A DNA stretch of 20,000 bases. Source: Chiloscyllium plagiosum. Its lineage: Eukaryota. Positions 1-10,140 of the stretch are shown here, one piece after another. The notes beneath the pieces were generated by a model, which saw nothing but the letters and a program-made list of their open reading frames with translations, searched no databases and was not told the DNA's origin. The stretch's first letter is position 1, and every line of letters begins with the position of its first letter. Where the stretch lies: the NCBI RefSeq assembly GCF_004010195.1, contig NC_057719.1, positions 51,315,255-51,335,254 on the forward strand. The letters are read 5' to 3'. The position numbers and the translations under genes were made by a program.

Positions 1-469
1 TATTAATAATGCCTCCTAAATTCTCAACCAACTCATTAGGGTGATGCGATGCTGTTGATAGCATCTTCTCATCCCATGTTTGAAGAAAGCCTGTGAATAT
101 GGCAAATACCTGGGCCTCTATGGCTGCAATGCCAATCCATAAGGACGTTTATATACTTTTACCCAAACAAAAAATCCATTTGTGACTGCCTCGAGCATCT
201 ATATGTGGCTGATTTTGACATGCTGCAATCCTCTATTTCTGATCCTTGGAAAGAGTCAGAAACTTAAAAATTGAGAGCCACTGTGATCTTGAGTATAACT
301 GTCTGGGCAGACTGTTGTGCCAGACATTTAAATGTTTGGCACATTCGTTAACATTGGTACATAAATTCCCAGGAGCTTTCTTTTGCATTGGCCCTTTGTC
401 TAATTCAGATTTGACCTCAGCACTTGGTAGATCCATGCCTCAGTGTAAAATCTGGTTGTCCTTCCCACA

Positions 470-615
470 CAAAAATAGAAATTGCTGGAGAAACTCATCA
501 AGATGCTCTGACGACAAATCACCAGACTTGACAAGTTAGTTCTGCCTTCTTCCTACAGATGCTGCGATTCTCCAGCAATTTGTTTTTTTTTCATATCTCC
601 ACCATCTGCATTTCT
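470..615. mobile_element. Degenerate Penelope-type 3' tail with short inverted 5' piece
   Basis: 14-bp inverted repeat aaattgctggagaa (479-492) / ttctccagcaattt (568-581); 'cagatgctgc...ttctccagcaattt...catctgca' resembles the other tails at 7380-7477 and 10045-10140. Confidence 0.55.
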
Positions 616-1049
616 TTGCTCGAAATTTTTCTGGTTGTCTTTCTGCCTGGTGCATGCTGTGCTACCACCACCTTCTGTCCCTGTCCTCTTCCTGTAACCG
701 TGCATTGCTCCCACTCATATGTTTCTTTTTCACAAATGTGCCACCCACACTGTGTAGATTCTTTGCCATTAAATGCACTCTTCCTTTTGTTTGGCACACT
801 CTCCTTCATCCAAAGTAGGTGCCTGAGTCATGTGAGGGAAATATATATGCCCTTCTAAAGTTACAGTTCCCATTGTCTAACTCTCTTGGGTGTCAGATAC
901 AAATGTGTTTAAATTTGATGAAATTGCATGACAACTTGGTTTAAGTTTTTATCATGACCTCAGGATATTTAATACCCTATGATTCAAATATAGCAGCCTT
1001 GTTCTCAGCTGGATCCATCAAAGAGGTGCTGAGATGAAGAATGGTTAAC

Positions 1050-1290
1050 TTGTTTACTTGGTGTTGTTAGAGGGAGGAACATAGCCCAGAGTATCAAGAG
1101 AACTCATTTCTCTTCTTTAAATAGGCCATAGCATCTTTTATATTGATTGGAGTAGATAAGCATGGCTTTGATTTAACATCTCTTTTAAAACAATGTAATA
1201 CTGTCAAATACAATCTCTCTCAATACTGTTACCAATATCATTATAAAAATGTTTATGTCCTGGAGTGGACTGAGGTCAGGGTGCTGCAAC
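1050..1290 (-). mobile_element. Old Deu-domain-like SINE fragment (SacSINE1/AmnSINE1-like)
   Basis: 'gagaactc...ctcttctttaaataggccatagcatcttttat...tttaacatctc...ctctcaatactg...ctggagtgg' resembles the reverse complement of the Deu-SINE core as remembered; heavily diverged, boundaries approximate. Confidence 0.5.
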
Positions 1291-1584
1291 TGATCAGTTC
1301 AAGCATGTGTGATGTTTTGTGTTCAAAATAGATGCTCCAGATGAGCCATCTTGAAACAGGTTTGCTACTTCTGTGATTAGCACTATTGTGTAGATTATAG
1401 GTTTGAGTCAGTTCTTCAAAGAAGGACTGGAAGTAAAGAACAAACTGCATGCAAAGTAATTGTGAAATGGAAAGGATTTGGTAATGAGACATTGTCAAAC
1501 AAGGTGTGATTTTGTGAAAACTCTTACTCATGAAAGGTCATAATCAGAACAAAAGTGACATATGACAAAAAACGCAATCCTTCA

Positions 1585-2234
1585 ACATTTGTCAGAAATT
1601 TGCCTGTACTTCCCACACATGTCATCTATTACATCCATTACACCCGATGTAGTCTCCTCTACAATGAGGAGACAGCACGCCAACTTGTGGATCATTTCAG
1701 GGAACATCACTGGGACACCTGCACTAACCAACCTCACTGCCCTGTGGCTGAACACTTTAATTCCCCCTCCCACCCTGCCAAGGACATGGAGGCCCTGGGC
1801 CTCCTTCGTCGCCAAATCCTAACCACCCAAAGCCTGAAGGAAAAACATCTCACCGTCCGCCTTGAGACCCTCCAATTACACGGGATCAACGTGGATTTCA
1901 CCTGTTTCCCCATTTCCCTTCTCCCCACCTTAACCCAGTCCTGACTTCCAACTTGACACTGCCTTCTTGACAGTCCTACCTATCCATCTTCCTTCCCACC
2001 TATCTGCTCCACCCTCCTCTCTGACNNNNNNNNNNNNNNNNNNNNNNNNNNNNNNNNNNNNNNNNNNNNNNNNNNNNNNNNNNNNNNNNNNNNNNNNNNC
2101 CCCCGGCCCACAAGCCTCAGGCTTATGCCTGAAACGTTGATTCTCCTGCTCCTCGGATGCTCCCTGATCTGCTGTGCTTTTCCAAAACCACACTCTTCGA
2201 CTCTGATCTCCAGCATCTGCAGTGTTCACTTTCT
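1585..2234 (+). mobile_element. Penelope-like retroelement 3' fragment: decayed GIY-YIG endonuclease plus 3' tail
   Basis: ORF 1555-1944 reads HVIYYIHYTRCSLLYNEETARQLVDHFREH...PVAEHFNSPSH...GINVDF (GIY...YIG...R...EH pattern, with YIG decayed to YNE); followed by a pyrimidine-rich UTR and the tail 'ggcttatgcctgaaacgttgattctcctg...ctccagcatctgcag...cactttct'. Confidence 0.88.
2026..2099. other. Assembly gap (74 N)
   Basis: Run of N inside the Penelope 3' UTR. Confidence 1.
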
Positions 2235-2354
2235 ATTGTTTTTCAACATGCATATGTTGAGGGGAACATAAATATTTTAAAAATCCACTATCTTGCTTCA
2301 AGTGGGAAGAGCGCTATCAGCCTCAAATGTGAAAATTCAAAGCTGGTGCCAGCA

Positions 2355-2430
2355 AGGGGTAGCATTGTGGTTAGCATTGCTACCTCACAGTGTCAGGAAC
2401 CTGAGTTTGATCCCAGCCTTGGGTGACTGC
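2355..2430 (+). mobile_element. 5' tRNA-derived head of an HE1-like shark SINE
   Basis: 'gtggttagcattgctacctcacagtgtcaggaacctgagtttgatcccagccttgggtgactg' carries A-box-like and B-box-like Pol III motifs; the SINE body is missing. Confidence 0.7.
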
Positions 2431-2952
2431 CTTCATTGCTCAGACCATTGACTATAGGAGTTGGGATGTCATGTTGCAAAGGTACAGACATTGGTGGGGG
2501 GCCATGTTTGGAGTACTGTGTAAAGCCTAGTCACCCTGCTATAGAAAGGACATTATTAAATTGGAGAGGGTTTGGAAAAGATTTACCAGGATGATGCCAG
2601 GACTGAAGGGTTTGAGATATAAGGAGAGGCTGGGATGTTTTTCACAGAAAGGTAGGAGATTGAGGGCTGACCTTATAGAGGTTTATAAACGCATGAGGGG
2701 CATAGGTAAAGTGAGTAGCAGCAGTCTTTTCCCTAGGGTTGGGGAATTCAAAACCAGAGGTCATATTTTTAAGTTGAGAGGAGAAAGATTTTAAAAAGGA
2801 TCTGAGGGGCAGCTTTTTCACACAGAGGGTAGTTTGTATGTGGAATGAACTGCCGGAGGAAGTGATGGATGCAGGTACAGCTACAACATTTGAAAAACCT
2901 TTGTACATGAATAGGAAAGATTTAGAAGGATATGGGCCAAATGCAGGCCAAA
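2431..2952 (+). mobile_element. CR1/HER1-type LINE 3' fragment (ORF2 C-terminus), frameshifted
   Basis: Encodes YRKDIIKLERVWKRFTRMMPGL...RRLRADLIEVYK...FPRVGEFKTRGH followed by a CR1-type 3' region. Confidence 0.92.
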
Positions 2953-3005
2953 TGTCATCCCTGGCCGTAGGGTGCCAGTCAATGAAATGCTGGAGCCATT
3001 TAACA

Positions 3006-3905
3006 CCATAAGACATAGGAGCAGTTATTCGGCCATTCAGCTGATCAAGTCTGCTCCACAATTCAATCATGGCTGATGAGTTTCTCAACCCATTCTCCCA
3101 CTTTCTTCCCATAAACCTTGATCCTCTTGACCTATCTATCTCAGTCTTAAGTATACTCAATGACCTGGCCTCCACAGCCTTCTGTGGCGATGAATTCCAT
3201 AGATACACCACTCTCTGACTGAAGAAGGTTTTTCTTATTGCCATTCTAAATGGTCTTCCCTTTACTCTAAGGCTGTGCTCTTGGGTCCTGGTCTTCCCTA
3301 CCAATAGAAACATCTTCCCAACATCCATTCTGTCCAGGCCAATCAGTATCCTGTATGGTTCAATTGGATCCCCCTTCATCATTCTAAACTCCATTGAGTA
3401 TAGCCCCAGAGTCCTCAAATGTTCCTCATAAGTTAAGCTATTCATTCCTGGGACCATTCTTGTGAATCTCCTCTGAACCCACTCAAGGGCCAATACATCC
3501 TTCCTGAGATATGGGGCCCAAAACTGTGCACAATGCTGCAAATGTGGCCTGACCAGAGCCTTATAGAGCCTCAGAAGTATATCCCTGCTTTTATATTCAA
3601 TTCTTCTCAAAATAAATACTAGCATTGCACTTACCTTCCTAACTACTTACTCAATCTGCAAGTTTACCTTGAGAGAATCCTGGACTAGAAGTCCCTTTGC
3701 ATTTCAGATTTCTGAAATTTCTCCCCATTTAGAAAATACTCTATGTCTCTTCTTCTTACCAAAGTGCATGACCTCACACTTGCCCATGTTGTACTCCATC
3801 TGCAACTTCTTTGACCGCTCTCCTAATCTGTCCAAATCCTTCTGCAGCCTCCCACCTCCTCAATGCTACTTGCTCCTCGACCTATCTTTGTATTGTGTGC
3901 AAACT
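3006..3905 (-). mobile_element. CR1 LINE 3' fragment (second subfamily), tail-to-tail with the previous one
   Basis: Minus ORF part IEYKSRDILLRLYKALVRPHL...WAPYLRKDVLALEWVQRRFTRMVPG...FFSQRVVYLWNS; 3' end 'ctcctatgtcttatg' near 3007; a decayed FADD-like region near 3895-3903. Confidence 0.93.
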
Positions 3906-4829
3906 TAATGTCCAAATTAATCCATGGGAGGCATCCAGCCAAACTCAATGCAGATCTGGTTCAACTTCAGAAGGAACTACATTGCTCATGCACACATGGT
4001 AAATAGTGCCCCTATAATGCAATTACAACTATTCACATTAATATAGCACCTTTAACACAGTAAATATCGCAACACATTAACCTCTTTAACTTGCTCAAAA
4101 ATGAAGCGAGTCAGACTAATCTGAATTGCTTCCTGTGATTAAAGCAATGTATGGGGAGTTAGCAAGGTGGGGGGGAGAACTGTATTTTGTCTTGATTTTG
4201 CTATGAACTGATAACATGGTATGTATGGAACAAAGAAATGCAACATTTTAATCATATATGACCTGTAGTTTCATTGTTACATCTATTGCCATCCAACTGA
4301 GCTACTTAGGCAGTCAGGCTGCTTGTGAATTGCATTTAGCTAATCCCATCTACAAGTATGTTATGAAGGAGATGAGAATACTTGTATTAATCTTGTAATC
4401 CTTTATATTCATTTCATGAAGCCTGTGGGTGTGCAAAATGCAGATTTTACGGCTGTATTGATTTTATATCTTATTATCAAATCTTGATATCTGTTAAATA
4501 ATATTGCCCTCTGTGTATTTTTATTTAGTATGGTTTTGTTTTTTCCCAATTTATTTGTATGGTGGGAGTTTGTTTTGTCTGTGGAGAATGTATGATCTTT
4601 GTCCATGTGTGTTGTAAATGGTCAGCCTTTAGTGTCAGTCAATCATACAACTCTTGCTGAACAAGAGTCTATTATATGCTACAGTTCTCTTAAAGACATA
4701 CCTTGGTAATATTCCAAAAGCCACTTTTTATCGTTCAAATGACATGATAACCAAGCTCAGAATGGAATCTGCTCTTGTGACAGGTGAGCTTGGAGGCTTG
4801 AATGGCTTTTATTTGAGAGGACAGTATCA

Positions 4830-5370
4830 TATCTGAATCCTCCCACCTTGCCAGCTCAGCCAAAATTGTTCTGGACAGGAAAGGCCAAGGTTGACTTTCC
4901 TATCCTGTCACCAATTGTCGCTCTTAAGTAGACAATTATGGACTACTTCAGGGCCTCAGCCGACTGCCACTGGGATTGACTCAGTTGCAAGTGAGTCTGT
5001 GACTTGCACCATGTATAACAGTTGTGAGTGCATGATCGAGATACTGGACGTTAGGAAAGGGAGGTGGTTTCAATCAAAACCACTCTCCCAGCCCTTGCTT
5101 TGCTTCCAACCCTCCTTATCTCTCACCTTACAATCCCACTGCCCCTTTCACATACACATTACATATCTGTGAACTTGAGACTCCAGGGGAGTGGCAGCCA
5201 TGGCTTCCTCAGGGGAATTGTTAACTACAAGAGTTGCTGGTCTCTGATTCACAGGCAGCTGGACCAAGAGTCTTGATTCTTGATTCTCGGTGGCTTCACC
5301 ACTTCCTGACTTGTAATGACCCGATCCAGATGCTAAATCCTTTTTTTGGCTAAGTGTCAGTTTCATTGAA
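4830..5370. mobile_element. Possible old non-autonomous DNA-transposon-like repeat
   Basis: GC-richer block with 'ccaattgtcgctcttaagtagacaattatggactacttcagggcctc', resembling shark Harbinger-associated repeats from memory; no terminal inverted repeats were resolved. Confidence 0.25.
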
Positions 5371-5721
5371 TTTCATGGATGTTTTCTCTCTGCTACACTC
5401 CATAAATGACACTGTCTTGCAGTGAGTAGTAGAAAATGAAGCTATATGCTATGTCCTTAGCATGCTGTCAGATATTGCATTGATAGACCTTCTTTATAGC
5501 CTGAGCTATTATGTGAATGAATGAGAAAAGGTAACAGTGTCACTTGGACCAAAATGGAGAGTTTCCATGCAACATGCCAGCATATCCAAATTATCATCCC
5601 CTAAGGGACTGAGTGGTGTGTGATTTGTGATTCTTCCTTTGTTGAAAGTTGAATTTTGTATCATTCTGTCTCATAAGCAGAACAGTAATCTTGAAATGGT
5701 AAACAGTGGAGCATTTAATTT

Positions 5722-6030
5722 AGTCGTTCATGGGGTGAGAGTGTCACTGGCTCGGTTAGCATTTATTGGTCTCAACCTAATTGTGGTTGTTTGGAGTCAA
5801 ATGTAGGCCTGACCAGCTAAGAATGGCAAATTTCTTTCTCAAAAGGACATAAGTGAAACAAATGTGTTTTTATAACAAATCATATTGGTTGAGTGTCATT
5901 AGGCAGGCTAGCTTTATATTCCAGATTTTTATTGAATTCAGATTTCACCATCTGCCATGGTGGGATTCAAGCCCATACCCAGAACATTAGCGTGGAGTCA
6001 GTATTACTTGGTCAGTGACATTAACATTAC
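5722..6030 (-). mobile_element. Diverged tRNA-derived SINE (same family as 17683-17975)
   Basis: Shares blocks 'cattta ttg', 'tgtagg..tgaccag', 'ccagattttt attgaatt' and 'tctgc.atgg.gggatt' with the copy at 17683-17975; B-box-like ggcttgaatccc on the minus strand. Confidence 0.75.
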
Positions 6031-7379
6031 TGTGTGAAATTAAAGTGACCTTATGTTTAACAACATTTCAATTGCCCTATACAGCTTGACTATGTGGGTA
6101 TTCAAACATGTGCTGCATCAAAGGATAGGGGTCCACGGATATATAGAGAGATTAGAAGTAAAGTGAAACTTAAACGGGACACATATGGTAAAATTACTAA
6201 TTGAAATCATGTGAATATATAAAGCATAGTTGGAAGAGAACTATAAAGATTAAAGGGAGTTACATTAATATTAATGAAAGGATCGCAGATAATTTAAACT
6301 GAAATGAATAGGTCTTTATAGCCATTCAATAGTAAAGCACCAGTTAAAGTTATGATAGAACTAGAAGCAATATAGTTGTGTAGTAAGAAAGTCGGTTAAA
6401 GATATGTGCAACATATTAACAACCTTATGTCTACACACTCTGTTCACATGCTCTTAGTTCCTGTTGTTAATGTTTCCCATTATAATTGGCCACTTTAATG
6501 TCACACATATGATTAGGCCAGCTACATATCCTCTAATGTTTGTCATTTCAAAACTACTCTGTTTACAAGACAGAATGGAGCAAAATTCAAGCTCTAACTG
6601 AAAAAAACTCACAAATTAGATATTATTTAATTCCTTGAAGGATGCTAATTTATTATGCTGTTTATTATGCAAAAAGCTGGTTATCAAAATGCATGAATAA
6701 TAGCAGGTACCTGACGACTGGGGAGAGATAATCATGATAATTGCAATCTTCAGTAAAGGAGCCAAGAGTTAATGCTGCAATTAGAGAGGAATAAGTTTGC
6801 TGAATAACCTTGGCAAAGTATTCACTAAGTGGTCACTGCAGAGGAAAATGATGTGTAGCAGAGGCAGTGCTAAAAGGAAAAAATGGCTTTAGGCCAGGAC
6901 CAAGTACATTGTGATGGGACAAATTGTGAAGACATTTATAGAACATTGACAGTTGTTACAATCACTTAAGCAGCCTTTGACAATATTTGGTGTGAATGAC
7001 ACATAATTGTGACACATTTTAAGAAATTCTGATGTTCCTGAGAAGTTTGATATATTGATCAAACATTTGATGTTTGTGTTGGAGTGAGTAGAAATGAATG
7101 GAATGGATGAGATCAACAGTGGGAATGAAATAAAGATTCAAACTGATTTACTTATTGAGTATTAAAGTCAAAATAACTCTTGCTTCACAAAATGATTTTG
7201 GAGAAGTTTCCCTATATGGCACGGTATTTGTGATGATATTAAGATTAATGATCTGCTGAAAATATTGACACCATAGCAACGTTTAAAACAGGCAACTGTA
7301 GGTTAGATCATATGATAATATATCCATTTTTCAGTGCCTCATTATAGAAATTACATTAAATATGGCCATGCCTATAGTA

Positions 7380-7477
7380 AACAAATGCAGGTGCTGGAAA
7401 TCTGAAACAAAAACAGAGATTGGTGAAGAAATTCAGCAGGTCTGGCAGTATCTGTGGAGAGAAAGCAGAGTTAACAT
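7380..7477 (-). mobile_element. Short Penelope-type 3' tail fragment
   Basis: 'tgcaggtgctggaaatctgaaacaaaaacagag...cagcaggtctggcagtatctgtggagagaaagcagagttaac' is the reverse complement of the tail family seen elsewhere in the window. Confidence 0.65.
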
Positions 7478-8868
7478 GGTGATTCACAAGGGGTATATGA
7501 GCATTAAGAAGTTATAGTTATGAGAGATGTTTGAAATTCAGAGATTATTTCCATTGGAGTTGAGTATACAAAAAGGAAGTGTCTTTGGGGTTTTGAAATT
7601 ATGTGGATTGATAGGCTGAAGAAAGAAGTATTGGGCTGATTATTACATTTTGTTGGCTAAGTTGACTGATTTCACATTTATTGAAGGGCTTTCTGCCATG
7701 TAGCCTAGTGAGATTATTCATCGTATTTTATCAAACTCTCCTTATTAACTACCTACCCCACCCCTACAGAATTCCTCACATCCAATTCTATCCACATGCA
7801 CTGTTCTCAGAAAAACTCATCATTCGGCCGATATCCACTGAAAGACCAGCATCCCTAGCACCCATACTATCTTTAAGATCCCATCATGCATCCAGCTAAT
7901 TAATGGCAATCTAGCATTTTGTCTCTTATTGGCAACATAATGGCACACCAGCCACAAAGACATTCCTTCAAACATATAACCCCATTCTGTCATCCCAGTT
8001 GCTATTGAACCACTGCACCACAGTTTACCTTTCCTTAACTACATTCTGTCTAAGTATTTTCTTTAGGTCAGTACTTTCTGTCCCCCAGAGCCACCATGTA
8101 GACCCATGTCTTGTCATGGTCTAGTAGGGGAGAATCATACTGGTACACAACTGGACAATTCTAAACATCAGCTTTTATTTACAGTCACCAAAATTGAACA
8201 CAGACAAAATGAATAGAGTCTGCTTGTCATTTACCCCATCCCAGTGCAAACAAAATGCTCGCATTATGACCAACATCAATTTTACATTCCATGATTATCT
8301 GTGGCACGCAGCTCTCTTCTACTGGAACTGGGTGTCAATTAGGACCTATCTAGCTTGTAACACCCAAAGCAGCAGAGCAATGACACTCATATGGACAGCA
8401 AATTCCTCCTCAGTGTCCTTGTCCTTCTCCTTGGAAGACTGCTTCCACTGGTCCGGCATCTCACCATATATTACATCATATTATCGCCTGCTCCAATTGT
8501 GCAGAGCACTGCACGCCAGCCATACTCTGTATGGACTATACTGGATGATTCCCAGTCTGGTCCAAGCAGCAGAACACATCTCCAGCTGCCCTATCATCTG
8601 TTCCACCGTGGGTCTAGTTGAAGTATGGGCAGCATTGCATTTGTGGTCCACATCAGTTAGGGGTTTCACAATCGCGTCATCAACCACAATAGCTTTTGTC
8701 CACCAGCAACCAGACTTGTAGGTCCCCACACCCTCAAAACTACCAGGTACATGAGAGTATTCCAGAATATAGGAGAGAAAGTGAGGGCTGCAGATGCTGG
8801 AGATCAGAGCTGAAAATGTGATGCTGGAAAAGTGCAGCAGGTCATGCAGCATCCAAGGAACAGGAGAA

Positions 8869-8900
8869 TCGACGTTTCGGGCACAAGCCCTTCTTCAGGA
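8869..8900 (-). ncRNA. Minimal type I hammerhead ribozyme-like motif (Penelope-associated)
   Basis: Minus strand reads tc-CTGAAGA-a-gggc-ttgt-gccc-GAAA-c-GTC-ga: intact core, 4-bp stem II, palindromic ACGT; stem I is only about 2 bp. Confidence 0.6.
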
Positions 8901-9184
8901 AAGCTTCTCCAGCATCTGCAGCCCTCACTTTCTCGGAATAGACAAGCATTCTTGTTGCTGCAGATGTGAATCCATGATGCAATGTTGCCTCCTTGGATGC
9001 TGGAAAAGCGCAGCAGGTCAGGCAGCATCCAAGGAGGCAACATTGTATCATGGATTTACATCTGCAGCAACAAGAATGCTTGTCTATTCCGAGAAAGTGA
9101 GGGCTGCAGATGCTGGAGATCAGAGCTGAAAATGTGTTGCTAGAAAAGCGCAGCAGGTCAGGCAGCATCCAAGGAACAGGAGAA

Positions 9185-9216
9185 TCGACGTTTCGGGCAT
9201 AAGCCCTTCTTCAGGA
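9185..9216 (-). ncRNA. Minimal type I hammerhead ribozyme-like motif (second copy)
   Basis: Minus strand reads tc-CTGAAGA-a-gggc-ttat-gccc-GAAA-c-GTC-ga. Confidence 0.6.
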
Positions 9217-9474
9217 AGGGCTTTCCTGAAGAAGGGCTTGTGCCCCAAATGTCCATTCTCCTGTTCCTTGGATGCTGCCTGACCTGCTGCGCTTTTCCTG
9301 CAACACATTTTCATTCCAGAATATAGGAGTCAAGGCAGCTACCATGGTAGTGGGCACACATCTCCAGGAAATCAATATAGCTGTGGCTGAAGGACCGATG
9401 CATGGCATGGCTTGGATGCCATGCAGGTTGATCATTGAGTGCTAAGTGAGCAAGTCAGCAGACCTGAGATACAG

Positions 9475-9544
9475 AGTCGAGAGACTGGAGCTGGAAAAGC
9501 ACAGCAGGTCAGGCAGCATCTGAGGAGCAAGAGAACCAAGGAGC
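9475..9544 (-). mobile_element. Short Penelope-type tail insertion with probable 12-bp target-site duplication
   Basis: 'gctggaaaagcacagcaggtcaggcagcatctgaggagcaagagaa' flanked by cctgagatacag (9463-9474) and cctgagatgcag (9545-9556). Confidence 0.72.
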
Positions 9545-10044
9545 CCTGAGATGCAGCCTGTTCCAATTTGTGAGCTGGGAGCATGCCCTGTATGCAAAAT
9601 CTGTCCGATCTTTGCCACCTAGTTATGTGAGCAAATGGTCTAGCTCAAACCTATACCCTTCCTTAGTTTGAATATTTATTGATAGCACTGACATTGAATG
9701 GCAAGTTCAAAATTTTTAGTTTTGCAGATTGATTGAAATTCCTTTACCTTGGTTCCTTTTGGCAATGGCTGGTTGGCTGTACTCTGGGTAATAAAGAGGC
9801 TTTTCCCTCTCATTACCTTCAGTGCAGGGATGTTTAATGAGTGTTTTTAAAGCTGTGCCCTTCACAGAACCCAACACAGATGCAAGGACATCAGGCCACT
9901 AACACTTTACTGGAGCACCAAATGGAACAACACTCCTGCCTTCATGAAACACATTTAACAAAGAAAAGCATGAGCACACCACAAAACAAAATGGAGTTTG
10001 TGAGTTTTTTTTTATCTGCTACTTTCATGCAGACATTGTTTCTC

Positions 10045-10140
10045 CGTTGAAAAATCATCTAGACTTGAAATGTTAATTTGCTCTCTCTCTCCTCGGATGC
10101 TGCCTGACCTGCTGTGATTTCTAGCATTTTTCGTTTTGTG
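10045..10140 (+). mobile_element. Short degenerate Penelope-type 3' tail
   Basis: 'gacttgaaatgttaa...cggatgctgcctgacctgctgtgatttctagcatttt' matches the tail family. Confidence 0.65.

Larger units (their letters stand above)
8776..9312. mobile_element. Composite palindromic insertion of Penelope-type tails with 17-bp target-site duplication
   Basis: Exact direct repeat attccagaatataggag at 8759-8775 and 9313-9329; internal inverted repeats 8906-9002/9023-9119 and 9128-9217/9223-9312; direct repeat of a ~125-bp tail unit starting at 8776 and at 9092. Confidence 0.9.
8395..9445 (-). mobile_element. Decayed PIF/Harbinger (HARBI1-like) DDE transposase fossil, interrupted by later insertions
   Basis: Minus-strand motifs across frameshifts: FLEMCAHYHGSCLDSYILE (cf. 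ARYPGSxHD), WLLVDKSY (cf. LLGDxGY), NAAHTSTRPTVEQMIG (cf. YNxAHxxTRxxVERxxG), QYSPYRV...ACSALHNW, then an acidic tail near 8400-8435. Confidence 0.8.

Noticed and set aside
1..110. Open minus-strand frame VFAIFTGFLQTWDEK... as an exon
   Set aside because: No polypyrimidine tract before the AG and no recognisable homology.
1581..2249. ttcaacat direct repeat as the Penelope target-site duplication
   Set aside because: Only 8 bp, AT-rich and offset from the tail end; may be chance.
2355..2430. tRNA gene
   Set aside because: A/B-box-like motifs are present but no cloverleaf; it fits a SINE head better.
2642..3625. 327-aa minus-strand ORF as a gene
   Set aside because: The first ~175 aa are a CR1 ORF2 C-terminus; the rest reads through the 3' UTR into the antisense of the neighbouring CR1.
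8194..8721. 175-aa plus-strand ORF
   Set aside because: Largely antisense to the Harbinger transposase fossil, with no recognisable domain.
8776..9312. CRISPR-like array or miRNA gene
   Set aside because: The context is eukaryotic and the repeats are inverted or tandem retroelement tails with no repeat-spacer periodicity; there is no evidence of miRNA processing.
8794..9314. Overlapping Cys-rich ORFs on both strands
   Set aside because: They are by-products of the palindromic insertion; the same peptides appear on both strands.
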